Assembly (NCBI GenBank): GCA_973895155.1
Contig: OZ316893.1
Span: 1,302,860-1,366,859, forward strand
Direction: 5' to 3'
Source of the DNA: Marsupella aquatica
Taxonomy: Eukaryota; Plantae; Marchantiophyta
DNA length: 64,000 nucleotides
Part shown: piece by piece, positions 1 through 12,500 of the stretch
Layout of the letters: each line of letters begins with the position of its first letter
Numbering within the stretch: position 1 is the stretch's first letter
The notes under the pieces: generated by a model
Databases searched by the model: none
What the model was told of the DNA's origin: nothing
What the model saw: only the letters and a program-made list of their open reading frames with translations
Program-made: the position numbers and the translations under genes

Positions 1-1717
1 TGGGTCCCTTAACCAGAGTTATGGGATGAACCATGAATCTGTTTGTACCTTTGGTCTTTGGTACAAAGAGTAACTGCAGAAGAGGTCAATAGTGGACAAA
101 CTTTAGAGCTCAAATGAAAAGCCAAATACAGACCTGAAAACCTAGAAAATCAAGAAAACATAAAGATGTACCAGTGCAGCATTATGATAATTTAATGGTT
201 CAATTAGCATGGCAACTAAGTGTGTAAGTGGGATATGAATGTCCCTTAAGGGGGCAACCCGCTCTTGAGAAGGGGTGATGGAGGGAAGTACAATGAACTC
301 TCATAAATTCACACTCCCCTTAAGAAGCATCCGGAGTGAAATTGACTGGGCTTTGCACCATGACACAAGTGCAAAAATTTGAATTAATTTGCATCTATTG
401 ATAAGAGTGTATGGCTTGGATCTCTTTGTCCAATGTGCAATGATGGGGGATATACGATTTAGTAATCCCCTATCTCAAAATTGCAACTTTCACTCTGTCT
501 AAAAATGACATGTACTCGTCAAGAAGTGTAAATCAAATGGATTGTGCACTTATCCATAAGAATTTCTAATCCCTTCTTTAATATTCTGATTTATTGGAGC
601 CCTCGTTGCACTTCCAAAAGGTGCCAAAATAGGTTCAAATGGTCAGAAAAAAGGATATATGGGGATGCCAGGCAATTATTATTCAGGGTTTGCACTTATG
701 ACGTAAGCACTAATATGATTAGGAAGTTTTCGGCTTGCTCACAAACATCAAAAATAGTTCAATCAGTTGGGTATGCAGCCAATATTGATTGATGAGGACA
801 ACTTAGTATTTAAATCAGTGTTGTGGGTAATAATGTCAGAGTTGGGCCAACTCCGTAAAATATGATTCTACCTAACAAGATCACCTAGATCCACCTTGTA
901 TGAGGCATGCCAGTGACACAATAAGAATTGATATCCCTCGTTTCCCTAAATTCCCTCCCTCCATCCACCCCTACTTCCTTGGCTCCAACTTACAAAACCT
1001 TCCTTGCATTCAACAGCGGGAGCGAGAGAATAATAACCCCTACTCACCTACTATAGTAGGGAGCTAATCTAGAGGGAGCTAGAACCGCTGCTCACCTACT
1101 ATAGTAGGGGCCTACATCTTGTAGGAGCTAGCTACATATAGAGGGAGCTAATGTAGAGGCGAGAGAAATAATGAAGCTGTCTTTACGTTCGAAGTGGTGT
1201 GGCCCCTCTCGTGCAAGCATTGACTGCGGTCCTTCCCTCCCTCTGTCAGGCTAAACCCACTCGTGGCGGATGCGGGAGTGATGGGGTGGGGGTGGCGGGG
1301 CCGGGGGAAAGGGGGGAACCGAAAAAGAGGACCGGATCGAAAGAGGGAACTGTGTATCTTAATATTATTATTACTTCCTTGTATTGTATTGTATATATAT
1401 GTACACAATATATTACATTATATTTATTATACAATACACAATAGAATAAGATAGAAAATGGGTTTCCGAGGCAAGGGGAGTAGGGAGAGGAGGCGATGGG
1501 TCTGGAGGGTGAATTGGCGGTGCGCGGATGTGTTTTGTTTGCAATGGCGCTTGGTCCGGAGTTGCGTGTTGTCGTGATGATCCCTCGCGCGTGCGTGTCG
1601 TTCTGCGGCAGCTTGTGCAGGCGCATTATTCATGCGAAGCCGGACGAGGCTGAAAAGGGCTTTCGAGGTCGCCTGGTCCCGTGACTGTGGTCATGTGGGG
1701 GCTTTGCTTTTCCGCTC

Positions 1718-1812
1718 ACCTCGCCTCGCCTCGTCTCGCCTCGCCTCGTCCTGCCCCAGTGCCCCTAGTACTGCTCCTATACTACTGCTCCTATACTGCT
1801 GCTCCTATACTG
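1718..1812. repeat. Short tandem repeats (CCTCG)n and (TACTGCTCCTA)n upstream of BES1/BZR1
   Basis: Direct reading: cctcgcctcgcctcgtctcgcctcgcctcg, followed by three near-copies of tactgctccta. Confidence 0.85.
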
Positions 1813-2220
1813 CGGCAGCCAACAACACAGACACCACACAATGAGAGCACTGTACATGTGCGACTGTACGAGAGTCTGCGATCTGTGATCGCATTTGTTA
1901 ATTATTACTGCTCGCACGCTTTGGGGAACGGGTCGGGTCGGGTGATCGGGTTGTGTGTCTGTCTGTCGTCGTCCAGCAAAGCAAGGAGGGCATACCTGTG
2001 TGCGTGGCTGCGTGCTTGTCCGGCTATCGTTCGTTGGAATTACTGCTACTACCGATTGCACCTGCCTGCCTCTGCTGCGGTGCTGCACTGCTGCCCCTGT
2101 TGTTCCTGGTGCGCCTGTGGTTTTTCCGAAGCGGGTGAGTCGCTTCCCATTCCCGCTGCGACTCTCTGACTACCTTTGTCGTCCGTGCCTGTCGGGCATC
2201 ATCCCGTCCATTCTGCGGGT

Positions 2221-2292
2221 GGAGTTGAGTTGAGTTGAGTTGAGTTGAGTTTGAGTTGAGTAGTGGAGTGGAGTGGAGTGGAGTGGAGTGGA
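2221..2292. repeat. Compound pentanucleotide microsatellite (TGAGT)n-(GGAGT)n
   Basis: Direct reading of gagtt repeats switching to gagtg repeats. Confidence 0.95.
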
Positions 2293-2925
2293 GAGTCGTC
2301 GATCGATGAGTGTGATAAGAAGTGTGGCAGAGCAAAGTGTCGCCTGCTGCTGCTGAGCTGAACTGTGCAGCTCTGTGATCTGCGCGGCACTGCTGCGGCT
2401 CGCTCGTGGAGTGGATTGGGGTGGGAGGAGGGGGGACGGAGGAAGAGCTGCTGTCCAATTCCCGCTGTTATCTGCTGCGTTGTAACTTGGTAGGTGCGTA
2501 GTTAGATAGACAGATCCAGAAGGACCAGAACGATCGATTGCGAAGGACGAGGAGGCTGAGGAGAGCAAGGTGAAAGCGGGCGTTTCTTTGGAGGGACCAC
2601 TAGAAGCTTGTGCGATTTCCTAGCTGGAGGAGCGGAAGCTGTTATGCTGTCTATCCTGAGAGGGCGGAACCGCTTTCTTCTACCACTTTTTGGTTGAATC
2701 GTTCTTGTAGCTTGGGGCTCTGGACGATCGATCGCGGAGAGGCGATAGAAGTTATTGTGGATAGGGCTGCGAAGTTCTACGATTCGACTGTGACAGGAAG
2801 TTGTTGGTACAGTTCATATTGCTGGTCGGTGGTTGTTGGATCCTTTGCCGAGGTATAGGAGGAGATATCGTTAGGAGGGATCGTTGCCGAGTTCCCGGCT
2901 TCAAGATGGAGACATAGGCCAGCAA

Positions 2926-2987
2926 GCGAACGACAAGCGAAAGCAATCGAACGACAAGCGAAAGCAATCGAACGACAAGTGAAAGCA
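2926..2987. repeat. 21-bp tandem repeat x3 in the probable 5' leader of BES1/BZR1
   Basis: cgaacgacaagcgaaagcaat repeated about three times. Confidence 0.9.
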
Positions 2988-3084
2988 AGAAGTGCAGGGC
3001 AGAGCTGCGGAGCAGCGGAGTGAAGGTCGTGAACTGGGGAGTTTAATCTTAAACGAGGAGTGTTCGCCAGGAGGTGTGGATAAC

Positions 3085-4601
3085 ATGACTTCAGGCACAA
3101 GGTTGCCGACTTGGAAGGAGCGAGAAAATAACAAAAAACGGGAAAGGCGAAGGCGAGCCATTGCGGCGAAGATATTCTCCGGGCTGCGGCTTTATGGCAA
3201 CTACAAGCTTCCCAAGCACTGTGATAACAATGAAGTCCTCAAGGCTTTATGCGCTGAAGCAGGTTGGACTGTAGAAGAAGATGGGACCACGTATCGAAAG
3301 GTAAGGACTCTGAGCGATATCATATGCTTTTTCCAAGTCAAGGAGTTTATTGTAGGTTCTTGAGGATGGAACTTATCGAAAGTTGACGCTCGGTTACAGT
3401 TTGCTAAGTGCTGGCATGGGAAGCCATTAGCTGTGTGCAGTGTTTCGTAGCTGTTGCTTGTCTTGTGTGCTATGGGATTAATATGGCGATTTTCTAACAG
3501 GGTGCCAAGCCCGCTGCTGAGCGTATGGATGTGTGCACTTCACCGTCAACCAGCCCTACCTCCTCGTATCCAGGGGCTAGTGAAGGCACATCTTTGATAC
3601 CATGGTTGAAGGGTCTTTCTTCAGGGAACGGGGGTGGTGGTAGTGGCACAGCAAGCACTTGCAGCAGTCAGGGACTACCCCCATTGCATGTGATGCACGG
3701 TGGAACTTCGAGTGCTCCCATGACTCCTCCCCTCAGCTCCCCGACCGCTCGAATGCCTCACGTGAAACCGGACTGGGACAAGGTTAACGAGGCTGGGATG
3801 CCAGACTGCCCCGCATCGGCTTTCTGCGCCGCAGTTAGTGCTTGGACTCACCCTCACTTCCTCGCTGCTGTAGCTGCTTCGAACAATGGAGGAGCTCCAG
3901 CCCCGCCACAACATCAGATCCGCCCCGCTGTTCATCCAGCAGCTGCTGCTCCTGCTGCTCCCCATCCAGCTCCAACTCCGGCTCCTCCAATATGCGAACC
4001 AACGGCAGATGTTTGCCGTGGGTCTCCTTCCGATGGTGGTGAATCTGACGCCTGCCCTAGCGCTGTATTGGAATTCGTAAGTGGTTGTAGTAACAGTGGA
4101 AAGTGGACCAATGGTGTGCGGGTTAGGAGTGTGTCACAGGCTGGATCAGCTCTCGGACTGTCTGGTTGTTCGTCTGGGTCGAGATTTCCAGGAGGCATGG
4201 GACTCGGCCCTTTCCCGAGCTCGAGAGCGGACTCTGGTAACGAGCCATTCAGTAATTTTGCTTGCTCTCGTGCGGACACGGGCGCTAACGAGGCAATGTC
4301 TGGAGCCTGGCGTCCCGGCCATGTGCATCAGGCCACATCCCCTAGCATATCCGTGGGTCGGGGCGACACGCTTGGGAAGTCCATCACAGGTGTTCAGGAT
4401 CACATGGGATGCAGAGGATTAGATCTGGAAATGTCGACGATTAGCTCAGCAGCACCGGGCATGTCGAGTAAAACAGCCTCTCCTTGGGAAACCCCCGAGA
4501 GAAATAATCTGGCAGATGATACTGAGAAGAAGGATGATCTCGAGCTGACTCTGGGAAGCTCGACCTTAAGAGTGAAGGTGAAATCGGAATCGAGATATTG
4601 A
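3085..4601 (+). CDS. BZR1: BES1/BZR1-family transcription factor; exon 1 3085-3300, intron 3301-3500, exon 2 3501-4601; 438 aa
   Basis: Exon 1 encodes [72 protein letters not shown], the BES1_N DNA-binding domain. A phase-0 intron (AAG|gtaagg...ctaacag|GGT) at the position typical of the family joins in frame to exon 2. Exon 2 has SLIPWLKGL, the S/P-rich [13 protein letters not shown] segment, a late PWE motif and a C-terminal EAR motif DLELTL. Confidence 0.96.
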
Positions 4602-5903
4602 ATATATATATACGACCACCATCAGTGGAAGAGATATTTCATACTTTTGTAACAAAGATAGCCGCAGAACGAGAGTAGAATGTCGGAGAGGTAGTGCGCT
4701 AGTATTACTACAAGCTGCAGCGGCTCGTATTGCTCCTCACGCAGGAAGCGAGAGAAGACCAGGGCGGCTTTCAACCCTTCCAAGTTTTGTGTACACGACC
4801 AAAACGCCGGATCGGAGCAAAACCTAGGTACATGTTCGCTCCCTCTACCTTGAGTGCATAGTATTATATTTAAGCGATTCTGGTGTGGGTGGACTCTATT
4901 AAGGATTTGATCCCCTGATACATTCCAAAAATGTTTTGGACGTAATAACGCGTTAGATTGGTTTCAAGTCACGAGTTCGAAAGCTGCTCTTCAACTCTCG
5001 GATTTTAGTCATTTTACTCTTTACTGCAGCTTCATCTGTTTGTATTTAGTTCTTTTATATGATGTTTTTTCTCAACTGTGTTACTGGAATTTCCAAGTTC
5101 TTTCAAGATGAATTGTAGTTTGAAGATGACCGTGAACTGGTGCTTTCTCGTGCAGGTTGGGAATTTCCTCGCGAGCTGGGTGGTGCGTTCTTTTTCAGTC
5201 CGGAATGTTCGCATCGGTATCTTGCAGGTAGGAGTGATGATCGAAAGTCCCAAGCGCGGCGAAGCATACTTAGTTGTAGCACAATGATCAGGAGTGTTTT
5301 TAGGAAGGAGGGAAGAGGGGCCCAGGCAAGCCCTTCCCTCTGCACTTGTACCATAAGTAGATCGGCAATCAGATTTAGTCGGGTAACCCTAGGGCTGGCG
5401 GCAAGACTCTCTCTCGGAGACGAATATGTTTTTGTTTCAGCTCTTAATGCCGACCAAGGCCATCACACTTATCTCTCGTTTGCAATTGTTTCGTGGATCC
5501 CACAGTCGTCTCACCATGATCATCATTGTCTTTTGTAGTTGCATATCCGTCCCCGTTCCTTTAATTCGTGAGCACGTTATACTCCGTGCTTGTCGGAGTA
5601 CCTTCTGAAAACGAGCAGAATGACGGGGAATGTTGTGATGTTATCGTTGTGGAGTGTCTTCATTAATTGGCACTCTTCCGTTCGTCGCACAACCTGTCCT
5701 CTTTAAAGATTCCTTCGCCCATTTACTCTTAAGTGTCCTTTCTTTCCCCGTTTCCCCTCATTACACCCGCCGAAACAAGTATGTAGATTCGGCCTTGGCT
5801 TGAAATCTCTGGATCCTGCTTCCTTATAACCCCTCTATGAGCCAATCATTCCGCACATTGGCAGAAGACCTGCAATGAACCACAAATATCAAATTTTCGG
5901 GTC

Positions 5904-6274
5904 GTGCTCCTTTGTATTGCCATTCCTCTGCAAGGTTTTGCAATACTGTTGCGAATCCATTTCGATCGTTGTATAAAACGTTGGTCAATCAACATACCAT
6001 CCATCACGTATGCACCCTGACCTCCTGTGCTCCTCGTATCGCCATTCCTCTGGAAGGTTTTGCAACACTGTTGCGAATCCATTTCGATCGTTGTATAAAA
6101 CTGGTCAATCAACAAACCATCCATCACGTATGCATCCTGACCTCCTGTGCTCCTCGTATCGCCATTCCTCTGGCCTCTGGAAGGTTTTGCAATACAGTTG
6201 CAAATCCGTTTCGATCGTTGTATAAAATGCTGGTCAATCAACATACCCTCCATCACGTATGCATCCTGACCTCC
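5904..6274. repeat. Tandem repeat, three copies of about 120 bp
   Basis: gccattcctctg recurs at 5919, 6041 and 6161, followed each time by the same ...tttcgatcgttgtataaaa...catcacgtatgca... body. Confidence 0.92.
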
Positions 6275-7249
6275 AGCGGTTCTGGATTCTCTCCACAATT
6301 CACAAAACTTGTCCCCTACCCTACTGATCTAAATATTTTCTAGTAGAAGTTGTTCAATTTCAGGCCAGGAATTTTAGTCTCCTGGACCCTGCACGAGTCC
6401 CACCGTCCCCCGTCAGTTAAGTCAGATTGCACAGAGTGTCGTAGTCGTCGTAGACTCATAGTGTACCGCCCTACAATGCGTGCAGAAAATAGGTTTGTCA
6501 TTTCTGCCCCGCCCACACAAGCGAAGCTCTGCCACGCTCTCGCTTTAATTCCTGTGTGGCAGTTTTGTTGTTTTCTGCTCCCCTATCCTCGTCACTTTCT
6601 TCGATGCATCCATCCCATAGGAGCCCATACTGTATTCCCCTCGTGTAGCCGCTGCCATAGCCCTACCCTCAGCTGCCTTCACTCCGGTCCCTCCACGCCA
6701 TGTTGGCTACTGTGGAGCGCGGCCCTTCCGCCTCATTCACATTGACCGTGACAATCATCGTGTCGTGCCTCCCTTTCTGTGTGCACATGGAGCTCCTCCC
6801 CGCCCCTCCCTGACTGCATCTGGGCCCCCTCCTACCTATGACACTATAAAAGGCTCGCCTGTATTTATTTTAAAGCTCACCTTTTGATTTTGGAAACCTG
6901 TTTTTTCAGATCTCACTTAAGTTTTATTTACTAGCCCATTAGTGATGGTGAGGCTCGGACCGCAAGGCTGATGGCACATGGAGAGAGCTCACAGATCTCA
7001 CTTAAGTTTTATTAACTAGCCCAATACCCATGGCACACGGGGAGAGCTCACAGGGAGGTGTATTTGATTCATCAAACAGTAATGTTGGAGCACGGGGAGA
7101 GCTCATAGGGAGGTGTATTTGATTGATCGAACAGTAATGAAAAAAAATAGTTATTCCTTTCTCGATGTCAAGATGGCAAACAATTTGCCATCTAGCAAGA
7201 ATAACCAAGATTATCATAGTGTGTAGATAGATTGGCGAAAAATAGAAAG

Positions 7250-9510
7250 AAACTAGCCCGAGCAGAAAAAGACTAAGAAACCCAGAGCTTTTTGAGATGT
7301 TGAGATTTTAAACAGACTACCATGTTTGACCCCAAGGATAAATCAATGGTGATTGGGCTCTAAAGCGGAACAAAGTACTCCCTCCTACCTCTACCTGTGT
7401 CTACACCATAAAAGGTTCTTCTGGATTTTCTATTTGGGAAAATCTGGAATGCTAAGCCCAGAGGTTTGTTGTCCAAAGCTGGGATGGACCAGAACATCAA
7501 AAAATGTTTGGACCAACTACAAAAGTGAAACATCCTTTCCTTAAGTGGTAAAGTCACTGCTCATACCAAAACTACTCAGGGTCCTTCACAGAAATGACCT
7601 TCCCCAAACTGATTACCATACCAGTTTTGCACGCATTGGCAATGAAGCAAATGATATCACAAAATCTCAAACTATGTCAGATAATACATTGGGCTTAGAG
7701 AACATGCTTGATAAATTTAAGTTTAAACAAAGATACACAAGCTATCCAAGAAAGTGCACAAGTCTTCCAAAAACACAGATGCACAAATCTGCCAAATACC
7801 AATAGTTTACAATGGTCGGGCACCTGGAAAAACTACTCAGGTGTCCTTCTCAAAAGTGAGGAGACTTTTCTAAAGCAGGCTGTCACCATGAATTTTGGGT
7901 ACAACGTGAGGCAAATGACTTTGCAGAGTCATTGGGGATGGGCAAAACAACCACTCAATCCGTAAGGGCGTAAATACACAGAAAAAAATGCTTTTCAGAA
8001 CTTTACTTTTTGTTTCTTTATTGGGGGAGACAAAGGGAAACCAACCCCCAGCACGAGGAGAAACACAAAGCTTTCTGAGAAAGCGATGCTTGAAGAGACT
8101 ACCCTTATAAAGCTTGGATGGATGAGAGGTTTGTAATACCCATCCCCAAGGACAGTGCCAAGACATCTGCCAGTTTACACTAGAAAGGAAAAGTCACTGC
8201 CTGGTTGCTTTTGGAAGGATGTTTCACCAACCAACTCTAACTTGTTCATTTTGGGTAGGCTTGTGCATTTATTTGTACAGCTTTTGGATCTATGTTTAAG
8301 CTCAAATTTTGCCAATATGTTTTGTAATGTCCAATGTATTACCTGAAATTTTTTTGGAAATATTCTAAGATCAATTGCTCCATTTACAAGGTCAAAAACA
8401 CTAAAACAACTGCCAAGGGATGTTTCACTTTTGTGAAGGACGCCGTGAATTACTGTCAGGTAAGCTAGTTGAAACCGGCTGCAAATGTTCAGGCCGCTCA
8501 TTTACAGGCCACATTCAGTAAAAGGCATTATCTGAGCATGTTTAGATGTTGAGTGTTAGTTCATCCAAGCTTTGGAAATCCATCCAAGCTTCCGCAAACC
8601 CCTTGGTTCATCAAGGCTGTTTATTCACAGACTACCACACCCTAGAACCTGGCTCTTCTGGAATATTCAAATTCAAAGTTTTAAGAAACATCTTTTTTTT
8701 GGCAAAATCTGCGTCTAAGATTTTTTGTATTATTTAGTTATTGGGGTCTGGAAGACAAAAACCAAGCTGCAGCAGAAGGAGAAACCCAAAGCTTTTTGAG
8801 AAGTTGATACTTGATCGAACAGACCACCATGTTTGACCCAAGAATAACCCGTGGAAGTTGGGCCCAACGGCGGAATAACGTACTCCCTCCTAACTACCTT
8901 TGTTTACACCCTAAAGGCTCTTTTGAAATATCACTTTTAGATTTGGAAAATCTGCCTTAAAGATTTTACTTATTATTTAATTTCAAGTCCCACCCCTGTG
9001 CTGTACAAGAAGGGTACTTACACATAGACTCCCATGTCCATGTCCGTTTCTACTCACAAACATAGTCTAACCATCAAAATTTCTGTTAGGGGAGATACTA
9101 CGGGCTTATGGCTTCACTCTATGGAGTAGATATTTAATTGCACAAATGAGTCCTATGCCTGTGGGTTGCACGATTAGCAAGGGCGAGGCATGGATGGCAA
9201 GTTGAGGCATAGAGAGTGAGGCACGGAAGCGATTTGCATGGTGTGTGTGTGGGGGGGGGGGGGGGGGGTGGTGGTTTTGGCCTATCAAATGGTGTCAGGA
9301 AATTACTTTTTCAGTGAACGGCCAAGATTAATTTATTCCTGTCCAGATGAAAACTTGTAAACAGGAGGCTTACCAGAATGGGTTGGATTGGATATTATAG
9401 TTCACTTACTGGGGAAGACAAAAGGAAAGTAGCGGGGAACAGCCTGAATCTATTTAAGAAGTTGTTGTTTGACCAGACCGCCATGTTTGACCCAAGGATA
9501 ATCCATCATA
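7250..9510. repeat. Degenerate repeat complex with direct and inverted copies, probably old TE debris
   Basis: cagac(t/c)(a/g)ccatgtttgacc recurs near 7313, 8820 and 9474. The segment at about 7670-7775 is a diverged inverted copy of about 8245-8350 (both ORF translations contain KCTSLPK). Confidence 0.6.
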
Positions 9511-12500
9511 TTTGACATGGAATCCATTCTTGTCATAGTTGGAGGAGCAGTGCTATGTTAATCAATTAATACTGTAGCCACAAACATAGTGGATCAAGCC
9601 TAGATAGTATGTAGCTGTGGATCCTCTACGTATTGACAAGGCTGTCCACTACTTATCTCCCTCATTTTGGGTCGTTTTTTATTGCTGTGTTTTGCTAGGC
9701 GTAGATCTCAAGGAGATCTTCAATCTGAGCCATAGATTGCCTGAAACGGTGAACAAATGAGATTCCTGGGAGGTTCGATCGGAGGGCTGTGGTGAGGCGC
9801 GCGTCTGCAAATGCAACACTTGCGATTCTGGAATGACTACTCCGGGTGACTCGGAGTACTTAAACCACAATTAGTGGTTTAACATAAACATATGGTGACC
9901 ATAAATGGGAAATAACATGGGGTGCATGGCAGCACCTGGGAGGGCTAGCTACTAAAAATCACACTGACTACTATACCAATGTAGATGATATTAGGGGCTA
10001 GTACATTAGGGAACGTTGATGCATCCACCATGGCTTGGGCACAGCCCAAGTCTGCAGGGTGCGGAAACAGGGTAGCCTAGCCCATCCATATTTCAACTCT
10101 GTTCTGTCAAGCTTTTTCATGGAATATCCATCGTAAGCTAAATTGGACAGAGATTTCTCAAATTTCAAAATGCACTTATGGCTGCCAAGTGAACCCCAAT
10201 ACATTGAAAGATTCCTCCTTCTCTAGGCTCATTGGAAAGATCGTTCCAAGCCATTTCTAGCTACCTGAAAAGAAAAATTCCATTGATTGTCCAAGTCACC
10301 TTGATAGCATATGGAAACACTGCACCCTCCCAGGCTACTAACGTTGGCTTCTAATTAGTGTTACTAACATAAAAAGGGGGAATAATGTTTATTGACAATA
10401 ATTCATGCATGCTACGGCCAGGGAAGTTCATGCCTGGTTCCGAAGGGCACACACCTTCATTCCGTTGGGCCCAAAAAATGTTTAAAATGTGTGTAAAGTT
10501 TTCCTTTAAGTAACACCAATTCATGAGTGTAGCCGACAAATTTGCCACCCTATTTGCTTCACATTCATGAGTGTTGCAGTGAACAGTGTATAAGTCAGAT
10601 AGTGTCGACCTTCCGAGTTCAACTAAATGTAAGTTAAAAGCCAAAAACTATATAATATTTACAAGGGGACAGAATAGGAGTCATAATCTGAGCTGCATAA
10701 AGTTCAGCTCTCAATTATCTACTGTAGCTATTGAATCGGAATGGTCCCTACATGCAAAGTATAAACACTACGGACGGTCTCGCCGAAAAGTTGGTGAATC
10801 GTTACATTCTCTTCTTCTTGCAGTTGCATTTATTTGGCAGGAAATTATTATTTGCGAGATCCTCTCACCAACATAAAGAAGAACGACTGAGATCACGGCG
10901 AAAAATAAACACAAGACACACCAGTTAAATGCCTTAAATTGGACTGTCATTGGAAACCCTGTGCGACAATATATTAGCCATGGTCAATGTGATTTGAATT
11001 TTGACCGTTGTTCCTTAGGAATTTATTACAATCAAGGTCGTCATCAAAGCGGAGTGAACCTGTGATGATAGTCTTGCACTCTTGCAGACGTGATTCTGAA
11101 TCTTACTTGCAGAGATTGTGAGATTATAAGCTCGCACAAAGTCTGGAGGAGTTCTCTCGAATCTGCTCTTCCTCACGAAATTTGACAAAACCACTTTAAA
11201 GAGTCCCTGGTCAAACAGTCACAAATCGATTCAAGTTGGGGAAAACTTGGAAACCACACGGGACCCCGAAATCCATCCGCCATTGACCAATGCTTACTTT
11301 TCGGTGAGACAACGAGGAGCAGACCAAAGCATTTCCCAATGATGGAACACACTCCGTATTCCATCACTCAATCACTGCAATGCAACTTACTGTTGAGAGG
11401 GCTAAGCTTGCTGGCGATCGAGGAGTAGAGGAGAGTGTCCCACTATGTCAATTACAGCCGAAGTTATAAGTCCATTAAAGCTTGAGCACGCCTTCTCACC
11501 GAGCATGAGTCATATTCAATTCTTCCCCACGACTGAGAGCCATTGCACTCCGCTCGTACAAGAGTTGCGCACCTTTTTGGAATGACATTCAGATCGTACC
11601 CACATCCGGTTTCAGCCCAGGCTACCGAGGCAAACGCAGCATTGAGGATCTGGCGTCAATTGCTGCCTTCTTGGTTGGGTACTTCACGCCTTGGTACAGT
11701 CCTTTCCAACAAATGGCTTGGTGTTCACCATTGGTGTCTCCTCTCAGCTCCCATGGGACATGCAACCCAAATCGGAGTTGAGCAGCTTTCGTCCTGGTTG
11801 ACATCCCATTCAATAGGGCCTCTCAAATTTGTTGTTTGCTGTTTCTTTTGTTTTTGTTTTTCCCTCAAAAAAACTAATTGAAATTCATCAGGGCCTCTTA
11901 AATTTGTTGTATCCTGTTTTCTTTTTCATTTTTCCCCCCCTAAAAAAAAATTAATTGAAATTCATCCAAAAAGCTAACATACAAAAAGGGTGGCCCCACA
12001 AGAGGGGGTCATCACCCCAGGGGGACCAAAGGTCGAGGAGCCCACAGGACCGGAGAGGGCGGCACCAGGAGAGGCCAGCCCAATTTGTTGTTTCACGTTT
12101 TTTCCAGTTTGCGGTTCTAAGAAATCTACATTGGCTTAGTAGACCAAAACCCACTTTTGGGCTGCCTTAGTTCACAGGGTTTCAACATGCTCTCGCGGGT
12201 GAATTTAGGGGCCAATTAGTCTTGAATGGTTTCTGACTATTCTTGTAGGACACCAATGCATATTGCGTGAAGCAATTTTTGGTGCGGATGGTAAAGTTTT
12301 GTGGGAATCGCATATGTTTGGTCCGTGAACTGGCCTGCAACATTGCAGTCGCAATAAACCAGGATTAAAGTGAGTTCATGTTAGAAAGTGAGTCAACTGT
12401 GCTTTTCAGTCAAAGGTGTTTGGAATTAGCAAATAGAAAAGGACCACTTTACTAAAAATTATTATATTCCAAAAGAACCAAAAGTGCCTAATTGGGAGGC

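Noticed and set aside
1148-2860. Dense overlapping short ORFs upstream of BES1/BZR1
   Set aside because: GC-rich promoter/leader with microsatellites; no recognisable domains.
2992-3363. 123-aa ORF as a complete BES1 protein with a GTG start
   Set aside because: Family homology starts at the ATG at 3085 (MTSGTR) and ends at the splice donor at 3301; the remainder is leader and intron read-through.
5846-6343. ORFs with repeated peptides, or a CRISPR-like array
   Set aside because: Plain 120-bp tandem repeat without unique spacers; eukaryotic context and no cas genes.
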